A stretch of 64,000 nucleotides of DNA from positions 23,060 to 87,059 of the forward strand of contig JBDHAD010000001.1 in NCBI GenBank assembly GCA_039588215.1, in the 5' to 3' direction. The DNA comes from Gemmatimonadota bacterium. GTDB taxonomy: Bacteria > Gemmatimonadota > Gemmatimonadetes > Palauibacterales > Palauibacteraceae. The position numbers and the translations under genes are program-made. Below the pieces are notes generated by a model. It was given only the letters and a program-made list of their open reading frames with translations, ran no database searches and was not told the origin of the DNA. This document shows, piece after piece, positions 56,131-64,000 of the stretch (the first letter of the stretch is position 1; every line of letters begins with the position of its first letter).

Positions 56131-57657
56131 CTACGCTCCGCCGGCGAACATCGCCTTGACAGCGGGCTTCTGTACCTTGCCCATCGCGTTGCGCGGGAGG
56201 TCGTCCACCAGAAGCCAGACGCGAGGGAGCTTGTAGCGGGCGAGTCGCTCGCGGATCCAGGCGTCCAGGGCCTCGGTCTCGAGCTTCGATGCCAAGACGA
56301 CGGCAGCACACACACGCTCACCCCATTCGTCATCTGGGACACCCACGACCGCGCAGTCGAGCACCTGCGGGTGGGTCCGCAGGGCCTCCTCGATCTCGAT
56401 CGCGGAGACCTTGTATCCCCCGGTCTTGATGATGTCCACCGAGCTCCGGCCCAGGATGCGGTAGTACCCGGCCTCGACCTGCGCGATGTCGCCGGTCTTG
56501 AACCAGTCGCCCGTGAATGCCTCGCATGTCGCCTCCGGTTGTCCCCAGTACTCCTGGAACACTCCCGGGCCCCGGACCTGGATCTCGCCGGGGTGGCCCT
56601 CCTCCGTGACCGGCCGACCCGCCTCATCGACCAGCCGTATCTCCACGCCGGGAAGTGGCTGGCCGACGGCGCCCGGGCGCCGATCACCGCACCGCGGGTT
56701 CGAGAGCCCCATCCCGATCTCGGTCATGCCGTACCGCTCGAGCAGCCGGTGTCCGGTGATCTCTTCCCAGCGCGCGAACACGCTGGCCGGGAGCGCTGCC
56801 GACCCAGACACCATGAGCCGCAGACCCACCGCGCCGGCCGCCCACCGGCGTCGCGTATCGGACTCGGCGCTCTCCCACGCGGCGATCAGCCGCACGTACA
56901 CCGTGGGGACTGCCATGAAGAGCGTGACCTCTCCCTCGGCGAGCGTCTCCCACACGCGTCGGGCGTCGAAGTCCCCCTGCATGTGGCAGGTGGCGCCCAC
57001 CCACATCGCACATGCGAGGGCGTTGATGATGCCATGCGTGTGGTGCAGAGGCAGGATGTGGAGGATTCGATCCGTGGACTCCCACTCCCATGCCTCGACC
57101 AGTGAACGCACCTGCGCCTCGATCATGGCGTGCGTGCTCACCACCCCCTTCGGGCGACTCGTCGTGCCGCTGGTGAACAGGATCATCGCGCGACGGTGAG
57201 GGTCGATTTGCGGGAGTCGCGCGTCAGGCATGGGCTCGGCGTCGCTGATCGGGAGCTCCTCGGCGCCCGTGACCCACAAACGCGCCCCGCGCTCGGCGGC
57301 AAGCGGACGCAGGCCACTCACGCCGTCGGTCGCGCACACGATCGCCCCGACACCGGCATCGTCCAGCGCGCGTGCGAGCTCGAGGGGCGGGTGGTCGCCG
57401 CACAGAGGGACCGCGATCCCGCCGGCTCGCCAGATCCCCCACTGCACGGCCACGTATTCGGCGCCCGCCGGTACCATGAAGGCCACGCGGGCCTCCTCCA
57501 GATCCATCCGCCCCGCGAGCAGCGCTGCCGCCCAGCGGGCCGAGCTGCGATCGAGCTCCTCGTAAGAGTGCGGGCCATGGCTGTCTCGTATCGCGACCCG
57601 GTCACCATGACCGATGGCCCGATTCAAGAGCGGGATCCCGCCGAGCGACGAGTCCAC
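56131..57657 (-). CDS. AMP-forming acyl-CoA synthetase, MatB-like (malonyl/methylmalonyl-CoA synthetase-type)
   Basis: AMP-binding motif FTSGTTSRPKGV, the YGMTE motif and GDIAQVEAGYYRILGRSSVDIIKTGGYKVS hinge. The ~505 aa size and short N-terminus resemble MatB-type ligases more than long-chain FadD. Confidence 0.75.
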   Translation of the reverse strand: MDSSLGGIPLLNRAIGHGDRVAIRDSHGPHSYEELDRSSARWAAALLAGRMDLEEARVAFMVPAGAEYVAVQWGIWRAGGIAVPLCGDHPPLELARALDDAGVGAIVCATDGVSGLRPLAAERGARLWVTGAEELPISDAEPMPDARLPQIDPHRRAMILFTSGTTSRPKGVVSTHAMIEAQVRSLVEAWEWESTDRILHILPLHHTHGIINALACAMWVGATCHMQGDFDARRVWETLAEGEVTLFMAVPTVYVRLIAAWESAESDTRRRWAAGAVGLRLMVSGSAALPASVFARWEEITGHRLLERYGMTEIGMGLSNPRCGDRRPGAVGQPLPGVEIRLVDEAGRPVTEEGHPGEIQVRGPGVFQEYWGQPEATCEAFTGDWFKTGDIAQVEAGYYRILGRSSVDIIKTGGYKVSAIEIEEALRTHPQVLDCAVVGVPDDEWGERVCAAVVLASKLETEALDAWIRERLARYKLPRVWLLVDDLPRNAMGKVQKPAVKAMFAGGA

Positions 57658-57670
57658 TAGGCGCGGTCGG

Positions 57671-59209
57671 TCAACGCGCCGCCGGAGCGAGCCGCTGCCG
57701 CTCGTCTCGCATCAGCCACGCGTACAGGAGGAACGACACCAACGCTGCCGAGAACCATGCACCGTTGAACAGGAACGCGAGCCCGGGGTGCAGCTTCCCG
57801 AGGAGCGCGGCCGCGATCCCGGCGCCAAGCGCGATCATGGCCCTCCAGTTGATGCCGGCCCGATAGGCGTACGAGCCATCCTCCCGATAGAGGTCGACGA
57901 GCTCCAACCACCGGCGCCGGACCCAGACGTAGTCGCACACCAGGACGCCCCCCACGGCCCCGAGAAGACCGGAATAGGTGATCAGCCAGGTCTGGTACGC
58001 ATCCAGCAGCTTCCACGGGAAGATGAGGATCCCGAGGAGCCCGGCGATCAAACCACCCATGCGGAAGCTGATCGCTCGCGGAGCCAAGTTGGAGAAGCTG
58101 TTCGCGGGTGCCACGACGTTGGCCGCAATGTTGGTTGACAGCGTCGCGAGGGCCAGCACCGCCATGGCGAACAGTCCCAGGATCGGACTCCCACGATCCA
58201 CCGTGAGGCGCGTCACGAGATCGATCGGGTTCCAGATCGCTTCCCCGTACAGGACCACGGTGGCACTCGTCACGACAATACCGATGAAAGCGAACAACGG
58301 CATCGTCGTGAGCAGCCCGACCGCCTGTCCCACCGACTGGTCACGCTGACTCTTCGCGTAGCGGGTGAAATCGGGGATGTTCAGGGACAGCGTCGCCCAG
58401 TAGCCGACCATCGCGGTCAACCAGGGAATGAACAGCGTCAGGAGGAAGCGCCCGGGAGGCAGGGATCGGCCGGCGGTCACTAGCTGATTCGATTCGCTCA
58501 AGATCCGGCCCAGCCCGCCCCCGCGCCCGATCGCCCAAACCAGCAGCGCGATCCCGATCAAGAGCAGGAATGGCGCAGCCAGGGTCTCCAGCCATTTGAT
58601 CGACTCCGTGCCCCTCCACACGAAGCACATGTTGATGATCCAGAAGAGCCCGAAGCTCAGATAATGCGGAATCCCGTATCCCATGAACGTCCAGTCGCCA
58701 CCGAGTCCGCCCCATCCAACCCACAGGATTCCGATGAGCGCGTGGATGGCGAGCCCTCCGATCCAGGTCTGGATCCCGAACCAGCCACACGCCACCACCG
58801 AACGGAGGAGCGAAGGGACGTGCGCGCCGCGGGGTCCGAACGGGGCACGCACGAACACGGGGAAAGGGATGCCGAAGCGCGTTCCGGCATGCGCGTTCAG
58901 CACCATGGGTGCGAGGACGATCGCGTTCCCCAGCAGGATCGTGAGCAGGCTCTGCCACCAGTTCATCCCCGCCTCGATCATGCTCGAAGCCAGCATGTAC
59001 GTGGGGATGCACACGCTCATCCCGACCCACAGCGATGCGATGTGCCACACGTTCCACGTGCGTTCGCTCAGCGGCGTGGGTGCGATGTCGTCGTTTACGA
59101 GAGGCCCGGGTGGGAGAGATGCGGTGAGCTGTACCAGATCGTTGACACGCTCCACGCCGGGCAGAGCGCTCCCTTCGCCGGCCCCTCCGCCGGGGCCCTC
59201 CACCATCAC
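57671..59209 (-). CDS. NCS1-family nucleobase/hydantoin/allantoin:cation symporter
   Basis: 12 TM topology. The N-terminal cytoplasmic segment is followed by a WNVWHIASLWVGMSVCIPTYMLASSMI region typical of NCS1 permeases. Translationally coupled to the upstream dehydrogenase FAD subunit. Confidence 0.8.
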   Translation of the reverse strand: MMVEGPGGGAGEGSALPGVERVNDLVQLTASLPPGPLVNDDIAPTPLSERTWNVWHIASLWVGMSVCIPTYMLASSMIEAGMNWWQSLLTILLGNAIVLAPMVLNAHAGTRFGIPFPVFVRAPFGPRGAHVPSLLRSVVACGWFGIQTWIGGLAIHALIGILWVGWGGLGGDWTFMGYGIPHYLSFGLFWIINMCFVWRGTESIKWLETLAAPFLLLIGIALLVWAIGRGGGLGRILSESNQLVTAGRSLPPGRFLLTLFIPWLTAMVGYWATLSLNIPDFTRYAKSQRDQSVGQAVGLLTTMPLFAFIGIVVTSATVVLYGEAIWNPIDLVTRLTVDRGSPILGLFAMAVLALATLSTNIAANVVAPANSFSNLAPRAISFRMGGLIAGLLGILIFPWKLLDAYQTWLITYSGLLGAVGGVLVCDYVWVRRRWLELVDLYREDGSYAYRAGINWRAMIALGAGIAAALLGKLHPGLAFLFNGAWFSAALVSFLLYAWLMRDERQRLAPAAR

Positions 59210-60093
59210 GGCTCGTGTACCTCCGCGGCGCGCGCGAAAGCCCGATCGAGCGCCCTGCGGGTCAGCACGTCGGCGAGGCGGCGGCGGTAGACGTGGGAGG
59301 CGTGGATGTCCGACGGTGGGTCACAATCGTCCCCGGCGGCGGTCCGCGCGGCCTCCGCGATCCTCTCCGAGGTCGGGACCTCACCCACGAGGATCTCGGA
59401 TGCCGTCGGTGCGAGGCTCGCTGTCGGGGCGGCATTCACGTATCCGAGTGACGCACGTTGGCACACCCCGTCCGCGTCAACGCGCACCTGCGCGGCCACT
59501 CCGACCAGCGCATAGTCTCCACTGCGTCGTGCGACCTCCTCAAAGGCCCACCCTTCCCCGTGCTCGCGCGCCGGTACCTCGATCTCGACCAGCAGCTCGC
59601 CTGGATCGAGCGCGGCCATGAACGGCCCGAAAAAGAACTCGGCGGCGGGAATCCATCGCTCGCCGCTCACGCCGGCGACCCGGAACCGTGCCTGCAGAAC
59701 CAGCATCACGGCGGGAAGCTCCGAAGCCGGATCCGCGTGCGCGATGCTACCACCCAGCGTGCCACGGTTGCGGATCTGCGGGTGAGCGACATGGCCGAGG
59801 GCTTCGGCGAGCAGCGGCGCCGCACGGGCCACCTCGGCGGAGCGCTCGACCGCTCGCTGTCGCGTCATCGCGCCGATCCGCACTGAGCCGTCCTCGCTCG
59901 AACGCAAGAACGACAGCTCTTCCACGCCGTTCAAGTCGATCAGGATGCTCGGTCGCGCCAGCCGGAAATTCAGCATCGGGATCAGGCTCTGTCCGCCGGC
60001 GAGCGGACGGGCATCGAACCCACCCTCCTCCAGCTGTGCGAGCACCTCCTCCAGGCTCGATGGCGCGACGTATTCGAACGGAGGCGGTTTCAC
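59206..60093 (-). CDS. molybdenum hydroxylase FAD-binding (medium, CoxM/XdhB-like) subunit
   Basis: FAD-binding PCMH-type domain pattern (PLAGGQSLIPMLNFRLARP ... GTLGGSIAHADPASELP). 295 aa. Confidence 0.85.
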   Translation of the reverse strand: MKPPPFEYVAPSSLEEVLAQLEEGGFDARPLAGGQSLIPMLNFRLARPSILIDLNGVEELSFLRSSEDGSVRIGAMTRQRAVERSAEVARAAPLLAEALGHVAHPQIRNRGTLGGSIAHADPASELPAVMLVLQARFRVAGVSGERWIPAAEFFFGPFMAALDPGELLVEIEVPAREHGEGWAFEEVARRSGDYALVGVAAQVRVDADGVCQRASLGYVNAAPTASLAPTASEILVGEVPTSERIAEAARTAAGDDCDPPSDIHASHVYRRRLADVLTRRALDRAFARAAEVHEP

Positions 60094-62498
60094 GGCGCGT
60101 CTTCCGCGGCCTTCGCGGGGTCACCTGCGCGCCCAGGCCCCCCAAGGCCCCCAAGCTCCCGAGACTCCACGCCGACGCGCTCGAGGAGATCGAACAGCCG
60201 CTGGGGGCTGAGCGGGATTTCCAGCACCTCGATCCCGAGGGGCGCCAGCGCATTCTCGACCGCCTGCGCGAATGCCGCGGCCACCGGAATCGCTCCCGCC
60301 TCACCGACGCCCTTGACGCCGAGCGGGTTGAGCGGCGAAGGAGTCTCGATGTGCTCCGTCTGGATCGGGGGTATCTCGCTCGCGGTCGGAAGCAAGTAAT
60401 CCATGAAGGAGGCGTTCGAGAGCTGCCCGGACTCATCGAAGTGGAGCTGCTCGTAGAACGCGTTGCCGATCCCCAGCGCCACGCCGCCATGGATTTGTCC
60501 CTCGACGATCGTCGGGTTGATCACCACCCCGCAGTCGTGCACGACGACGTACCGCAGGATCTTCACGAGCGCCGTCTCCGGATCCACCTCGAGGATCAGC
60601 GCGTGCACGCCGCTCGCCGTGCTGCCTCGATCGGGCCCGAAATACGAGGTCGCTTCGAGCCCAGGCTCGGTGCCGGGGCGCACCGCGCCACGAAGCGGGT
60701 TGGCTCGAGCCGCCAGATCGGCGAGATCGAACCCATGATCGGGCGCGCCCTTCACCGCCACTCGGCCGTCCGCCAGCTCGAGGTCGTCCTCACTCACCTC
60801 GAGCAGGTGGCTGGCGAGCGTGAAGATCTTCTCCCGCACGGCCTGCGCGGCGGCGTGGCAGGCGTTCCCGGCCACCACGGCCCCACGGCTGGCAAACGTT
60901 CCCGTCCCCCAATGGAACTCCATCGTATCGCCGGTAACGACTCGCACGTGAGCCGGGTCGACACCCAGCTGATCGGCCACCACCTGTGCGAACACGGTGA
61001 AATGGCCCTGGCCCTGGGTCCCGACGCCGGTCGCGACGCACACCGTCCCGCTCGGCTCGACGGTGACGCGCGCGCCCTCGTAGGGGCCGATCCCCGTCCC
61101 CTCGACGTAGGACACGATCCCGAGACCCACGTACCGGCCATCCTCTCGCGCCTTCCTCTGCTCGGCCGGAAACGCTTCGTAGTCGATCAGGGTGGCGGCC
61201 CGCTCGAGCGCAGGGGCGTAATTGCCGCTGTCGTACGTGAGATGGGCCGAGTCCTGATACAGGATCTCGTGATCGTGCGGGAACTCATCCGGGTCCAGGT
61301 AGTTGCGGCGGCGGATCTCGACGCGGTCGATCCCGAGCTCCTGAGCCGCGGCATCGAGCAATCTCTCCATCACGAACACCCCGTGCTGTCGCCCTGCTCC
61401 GCGCACGGGCGTGACGATCGGCTTGTTCGTGAATACGACCTTGAACTCGCTGTAGTAGTTCGGCACCCGGTACGGGCCGAGAAGCGTGCATTGGCTGTTG
61501 ATGGGGACGGTCAGTCCGTACGGGTCGTACGCGCCGGTGTCGTGCAGGAAGTCGTCGTAGACGCCGAGGATCGTCCCATCGGCGGCCACCGCCAGTTCGG
61601 CATCGTGGATCTGCTCCCGTTCCTGCGTCGTGGCGAAGAAGCTCTCGTAGCGGTCCTCGATCCACTTCACGGGCCGCCCGAGCCGAAGCGAGATCCAGGG
61701 CAGGATGATCTCCTCCCCGTAGAACATGATCTTCGGTCCGAAGCCGCCACCGATGAACGGGGCGATCACGCGGACCTGCGACTCGGAGAGTCCGAAAGTG
61801 GCGGCGAGCGCGTTGCGGACGGGGATGGGCGCCTGCGTCGTGTCCCACACCGACAGGCGGCCGTCGTGCGGGTCCCACCAGGCTACGATGCCGCGATTCT
61901 CGAGCGCCCCGGAGACCCCTCTGTCGTACCGGAAGCGTCGACGGATCACACGATCCGCACCTTCCCGTGCCGTATGGTAGTCGCCCTTCTCCTGGATCAC
62001 GTGTGCGGCCAGGTTCGAAGTCAGATCCTCGTGGACCAGGGGAGCGTCCGGTGCCAGGGCCCCCTCGAGCTCCACGGCGGGCTCCAGCGGCTCCAGCTCG
62101 AGCTCCACGGCTTCCGCGGCGTCCTCTGCGATGTAGCGGCTCTCGGCGACGATGACGGCGATGGCCTCGCCGACGTGTCGCACCCGGTCCCGCGCGAGGG
62201 GGAGCGGCGTGCGCGCATGGAACTCCAGACGCTCGATCGGTGGCGGCGGGACCAGGACGGGCCCCGCTATGCACAGATCTCCAAGGTCCTCCGCCGAGTA
62301 CGCCCCCACGACGCCGGGATGAGCGCGGACGGCTGAGAGATCGAGACTCCGGATGCGGGCGTGCGCGAGGTCGCTGCGCACGAAGGCCGCGTGCAGGAGC
62401 CCCGGGAGCTGCACGTCGTCCACGAACAGCGCCTGGCCCGCGAGGAGCCGCGGGTCTTCGTTCCGGGGCACGGGCGCCCCGAACCAGCGCGCGCTCAA
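60090..62498 (-). CDS. molybdopterin-binding (large, CoxL/XdhA-like) subunit of a xanthine-dehydrogenase-family hydroxylase
   Basis: GGGFGPK and QGHFT-type Mo-cofactor-binding motifs, plus an aldehyde oxidase/xanthine DH a/b hammerhead region. No CO-dehydrogenase VAYRCSFR loop. A TTG at 62498 overlaps the small-subunit stop (TTGA). The in-frame codons upstream are Arg-rich. Confidence 0.85.
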   Translation of the reverse strand: MSARWFGAPVPRNEDPRLLAGQALFVDDVQLPGLLHAAFVRSDLAHARIRSLDLSAVRAHPGVVGAYSAEDLGDLCIAGPVLVPPPPIERLEFHARTPLPLARDRVRHVGEAIAVIVAESRYIAEDAAEAVELELEPLEPAVELEGALAPDAPLVHEDLTSNLAAHVIQEKGDYHTAREGADRVIRRRFRYDRGVSGALENRGIVAWWDPHDGRLSVWDTTQAPIPVRNALAATFGLSESQVRVIAPFIGGGFGPKIMFYGEEIILPWISLRLGRPVKWIEDRYESFFATTQEREQIHDAELAVAADGTILGVYDDFLHDTGAYDPYGLTVPINSQCTLLGPYRVPNYYSEFKVVFTNKPIVTPVRGAGRQHGVFVMERLLDAAAQELGIDRVEIRRRNYLDPDEFPHDHEILYQDSAHLTYDSGNYAPALERAATLIDYEAFPAEQRKAREDGRYVGLGIVSYVEGTGIGPYEGARVTVEPSGTVCVATGVGTQGQGHFTVFAQVVADQLGVDPAHVRVVTGDTMEFHWGTGTFASRGAVVAGNACHAAAQAVREKIFTLASHLLEVSEDDLELADGRVAVKGAPDHGFDLADLAARANPLRGAVRPGTEPGLEATSYFGPDRGSTASGVHALILEVDPETALVKILRYVVVHDCGVVINPTIVEGQIHGGVALGIGNAFYEQLHFDESGQLSNASFMDYLLPTASEIPPIQTEHIETPSPLNPLGVKGVGEAGAIPVAAAFAQAVENALAPLGIEVLEIPLSPQRLFDLLERVGVESRELGGLGGPGRAGDPAKAAEDAP

Positions 62499-62968
62499 GA
62501 GGCGGCCTGTTCCGCAGCGAGACGCACCGCCTCGAGGATGTTCTGATACCCGGTGCAACGGCACAGGTGGCCCGAGACGACGTCGCGGATCTGATCCGGC
62601 GTGGGGGTGGGCTGTTCGCGCAGGAATGCCACGACCGTCATCAGGATGCCCGGCGTGCAAAAGCCACACTGGAGTCCGTGCGCCTCCTGGAACGCCCGCT
62701 GCACCGGGTGAAGGTCACCGTCTTCGGCCAGGCCCTCGACGGTGGCGAGCTCGCGTCCATCAGCCTGCACCGCGAACAGGAGGCAGGATCGGATCGGATC
62801 GCCATCCACGAGCATGGTGCAGGCACCACACACGCCGTGCTCGCAACCGACGTGCGTCCCCGTCAGTCCGAGGTCGTGACGCAGGAAATCGCTCAGCAAC
62901 AGGCGCGGCTCGACTTCGCGCTCGTGCTCCTCCCCGTTCACCCGCACTCGGATCCGGATGAGGCTCAT
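62495..62968 (-). CDS. [2Fe-2S]-binding (small, CoxS/XdhC-like) subunit
   Basis: Two 2Fe-2S cysteine clusters: [10 protein letters not shown] and CGFCTPG...CRCTGY. 157 aa. Confidence 0.9.
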   Translation of the reverse strand: MSLIRIRVRVNGEEHEREVEPRLLLSDFLRHDLGLTGTHVGCEHGVCGACTMLVDGDPIRSCLLFAVQADGRELATVEGLAEDGDLHPVQRAFQEAHGLQCGFCTPGILMTVVAFLREQPTPTPDQIRDVVSGHLCRCTGYQNILEAVRLAAEQAAS

Positions 62969-63181
62969 CGCGATCCCAGGCGCGCGTACGTCATCAGACC
63001 GTCCCTTTCGTCATGCACCGACCCATCCACGCGGGGCGTGGACCGCCACCCCGGCTCGGGAGCAGCGAAGGACGGAAGATTCGACGCGCTGGGAGGGGAT
63101 GCAACGCGCCCCCGCCCTCGGGTGAACGCGGGGACGAGGGCGATCTGCCTCTCGGCGTTGGCCGAGGAGGGGATTCCGTCG

Positions 63182-64000
63182 CTAGACGAAACCGTACGCG
63201 AGCATCGCGTCCGCGACTTTCACGAAGCCCCCGATGTTCGCGCCACGCACGTAGTTGACCGTGCCGTTGTCGAAGCCGTACTCGACGCATGTCTGGTGGA
63301 TGTCCTTCATGATCGTCATGAGCCGGCTATTCACGTCATCCCGATTCCAGCGGGTGTGCAGGACGTTTTGCGTCATCTCGAGCCCCGAGATCGCAACACC
63401 GCCCGCGTTGGCCGCCTTCCCGGGCCCGTAGAGGATCTTGGCATCCACGAAAGCCGAGACGGCTCCGAACGTCGAGGGCATGTTGGCGCCCTCGGACACC
63501 ACCTGGCAGCCGTTCGCCAGCAGGGTCTTGGCGTCGTCTTCGTCCAGCTCGTTCTGCGTGGCGCTCGGGAAAGCCGCGTCACACGGGACCCCCCACGGGC
63601 GCTTCCCCGCGTGGAACTCGCACCCGAATTCCTCCGCGTACTCGGAGATCAGCCCGCGGCGGTTGGTCTTCAGATCGATGACCCAGTTGACCTTGTCCTG
63701 GTCCATCCCGTCCGGATCGTGCACGAACCCGGTCCGATCCGAGAGCGTGACCACTTTCGCTCCCAATTCCACGAGCTTCTGGGCGGCGTACTGGGCGACA
63801 TTCCCCGAACCAGATATGGTGCAGACCTTGCCTTCCAAGTCTTCGCCACGAGTGGCGAGCATCTCACGGGCAAAATAGACCGATCCCCAACCCGTCGCCT
63901 CGGTCCGGATGAGGCTTCCACCCCAGTTGATGCCCTTCCCGGTGATCACGCCGGTGAATTCGTTCTTCAGCCGCTTGTACTGGCCGAACAGATACCCGAT
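63182..64000 (-). CDS. gdhA: NAD(P)-dependent glutamate dehydrogenase, C-terminal part (gene starts beyond the window end)
   Basis: Glu/Leu/Phe/Val dehydrogenase C-terminal Rossmann domain: ISGSGNVAQYAAQKLVELGAKVVTLSD ... GANMPST ... AANAGGV. Confidence 0.88.
   Translation of the reverse strand: MGYLFGQYKRLKNEFTGVITGKGINWGGSLIRTEATGWGSVYFAREMLATRGEDLEGKVCTISGSGNVAQYAAQKLVELGAKVVTLSDRTGFVHDPDGMDQDKVNWVIDLKTNRRGLISEYAEEFGCEFHAGKRPWGVPCDAAFPSATQNELDEDDAKTLLANGCQVVSEGANMPSTFGAVSAFVDAKILYGPGKAANAGGVAISGLEMTQNVLHTRWNRDDVNSRLMTIMKDIHQTCVEYGFDNGTVNYVRGANIGGFVKVADAMLAYGFV

Noticed and set aside
59688-62336. 882-aa plus-strand ORF antisense to the Mo-hydroxylase genes
   Set aside because: It is a shadow ORF opposite three strongly supported genes with clear cofactor motifs. 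It is Arg/Pro-rich with no recognisable domain.

Overview
This 64 kb window is a GC-rich (roughly 68-70%) chromosomal segment from a diderm bacterium. The diderm call rests on an outer-membrane beta-barrel gene, lipoproteins, periplasmic amidases, and an ECF sigma/anti-sigma pair. The overall gene content resembles Gemmatimonadota-type genomes, but that is only a guess. Gene density is very high. Roughly 60 protein-coding genes are supportable. Many have 1-4 nt stop/start overlaps, and GTG/TTG starts are frequent. I found no rRNA, tRNA, CRISPR array, transposase, integrase or other mobile-element signature. The six-frame track is full of long Arg/Pro/Gly-rich antisense ORFs, as expected for high-GC DNA, and these were not called.

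Housekeeping genes present include lepA, pyk, a cold-shock protein, rpsU, ispG, class II (B12-dependent) ribonucleotide reductase nrdJ, trxB, erpA, coaE, nth, ggt and the C-terminal part of gdhA.

The most notable content is as follows.
1. A minus-strand peptidoglycan-recycling gene cluster (murQ-fusion, anmK, nagZ, an SSS-family transporter, a lipoprotein Amidase_3 enzyme, gamma-carbonic anhydrase). It appears to use a MurT-like sodium:solute symporter rather than AmpG.
2. Two pairs of tandem NrdR-box palindromes. One pair sits in a promoter upstream of nrdJ with a roughly 300 nt leader. A second pair sits downstream of nrdJ, ahead of a 68-codon ORF and ispG.
3. A 10.5 kb catabolic island made of a CoxSLM-type molybdenum hydroxylase, an NCS1 transporter, a MatB-like CoA ligase, a cyclase-family hydrolase, an amidase-signature enzyme and an M20 hydrolase. 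This looks like an N-heterocycle degradation pathway. One candidate is the oxidative uracil-to-barbiturate-to-malonate route, with non-orthologous replacements.
4. Two DHH-family phosphoesterase genes flanking coaE.

All functional calls come from reading the translated ORFs for motifs and family resemblance. No database search was run.
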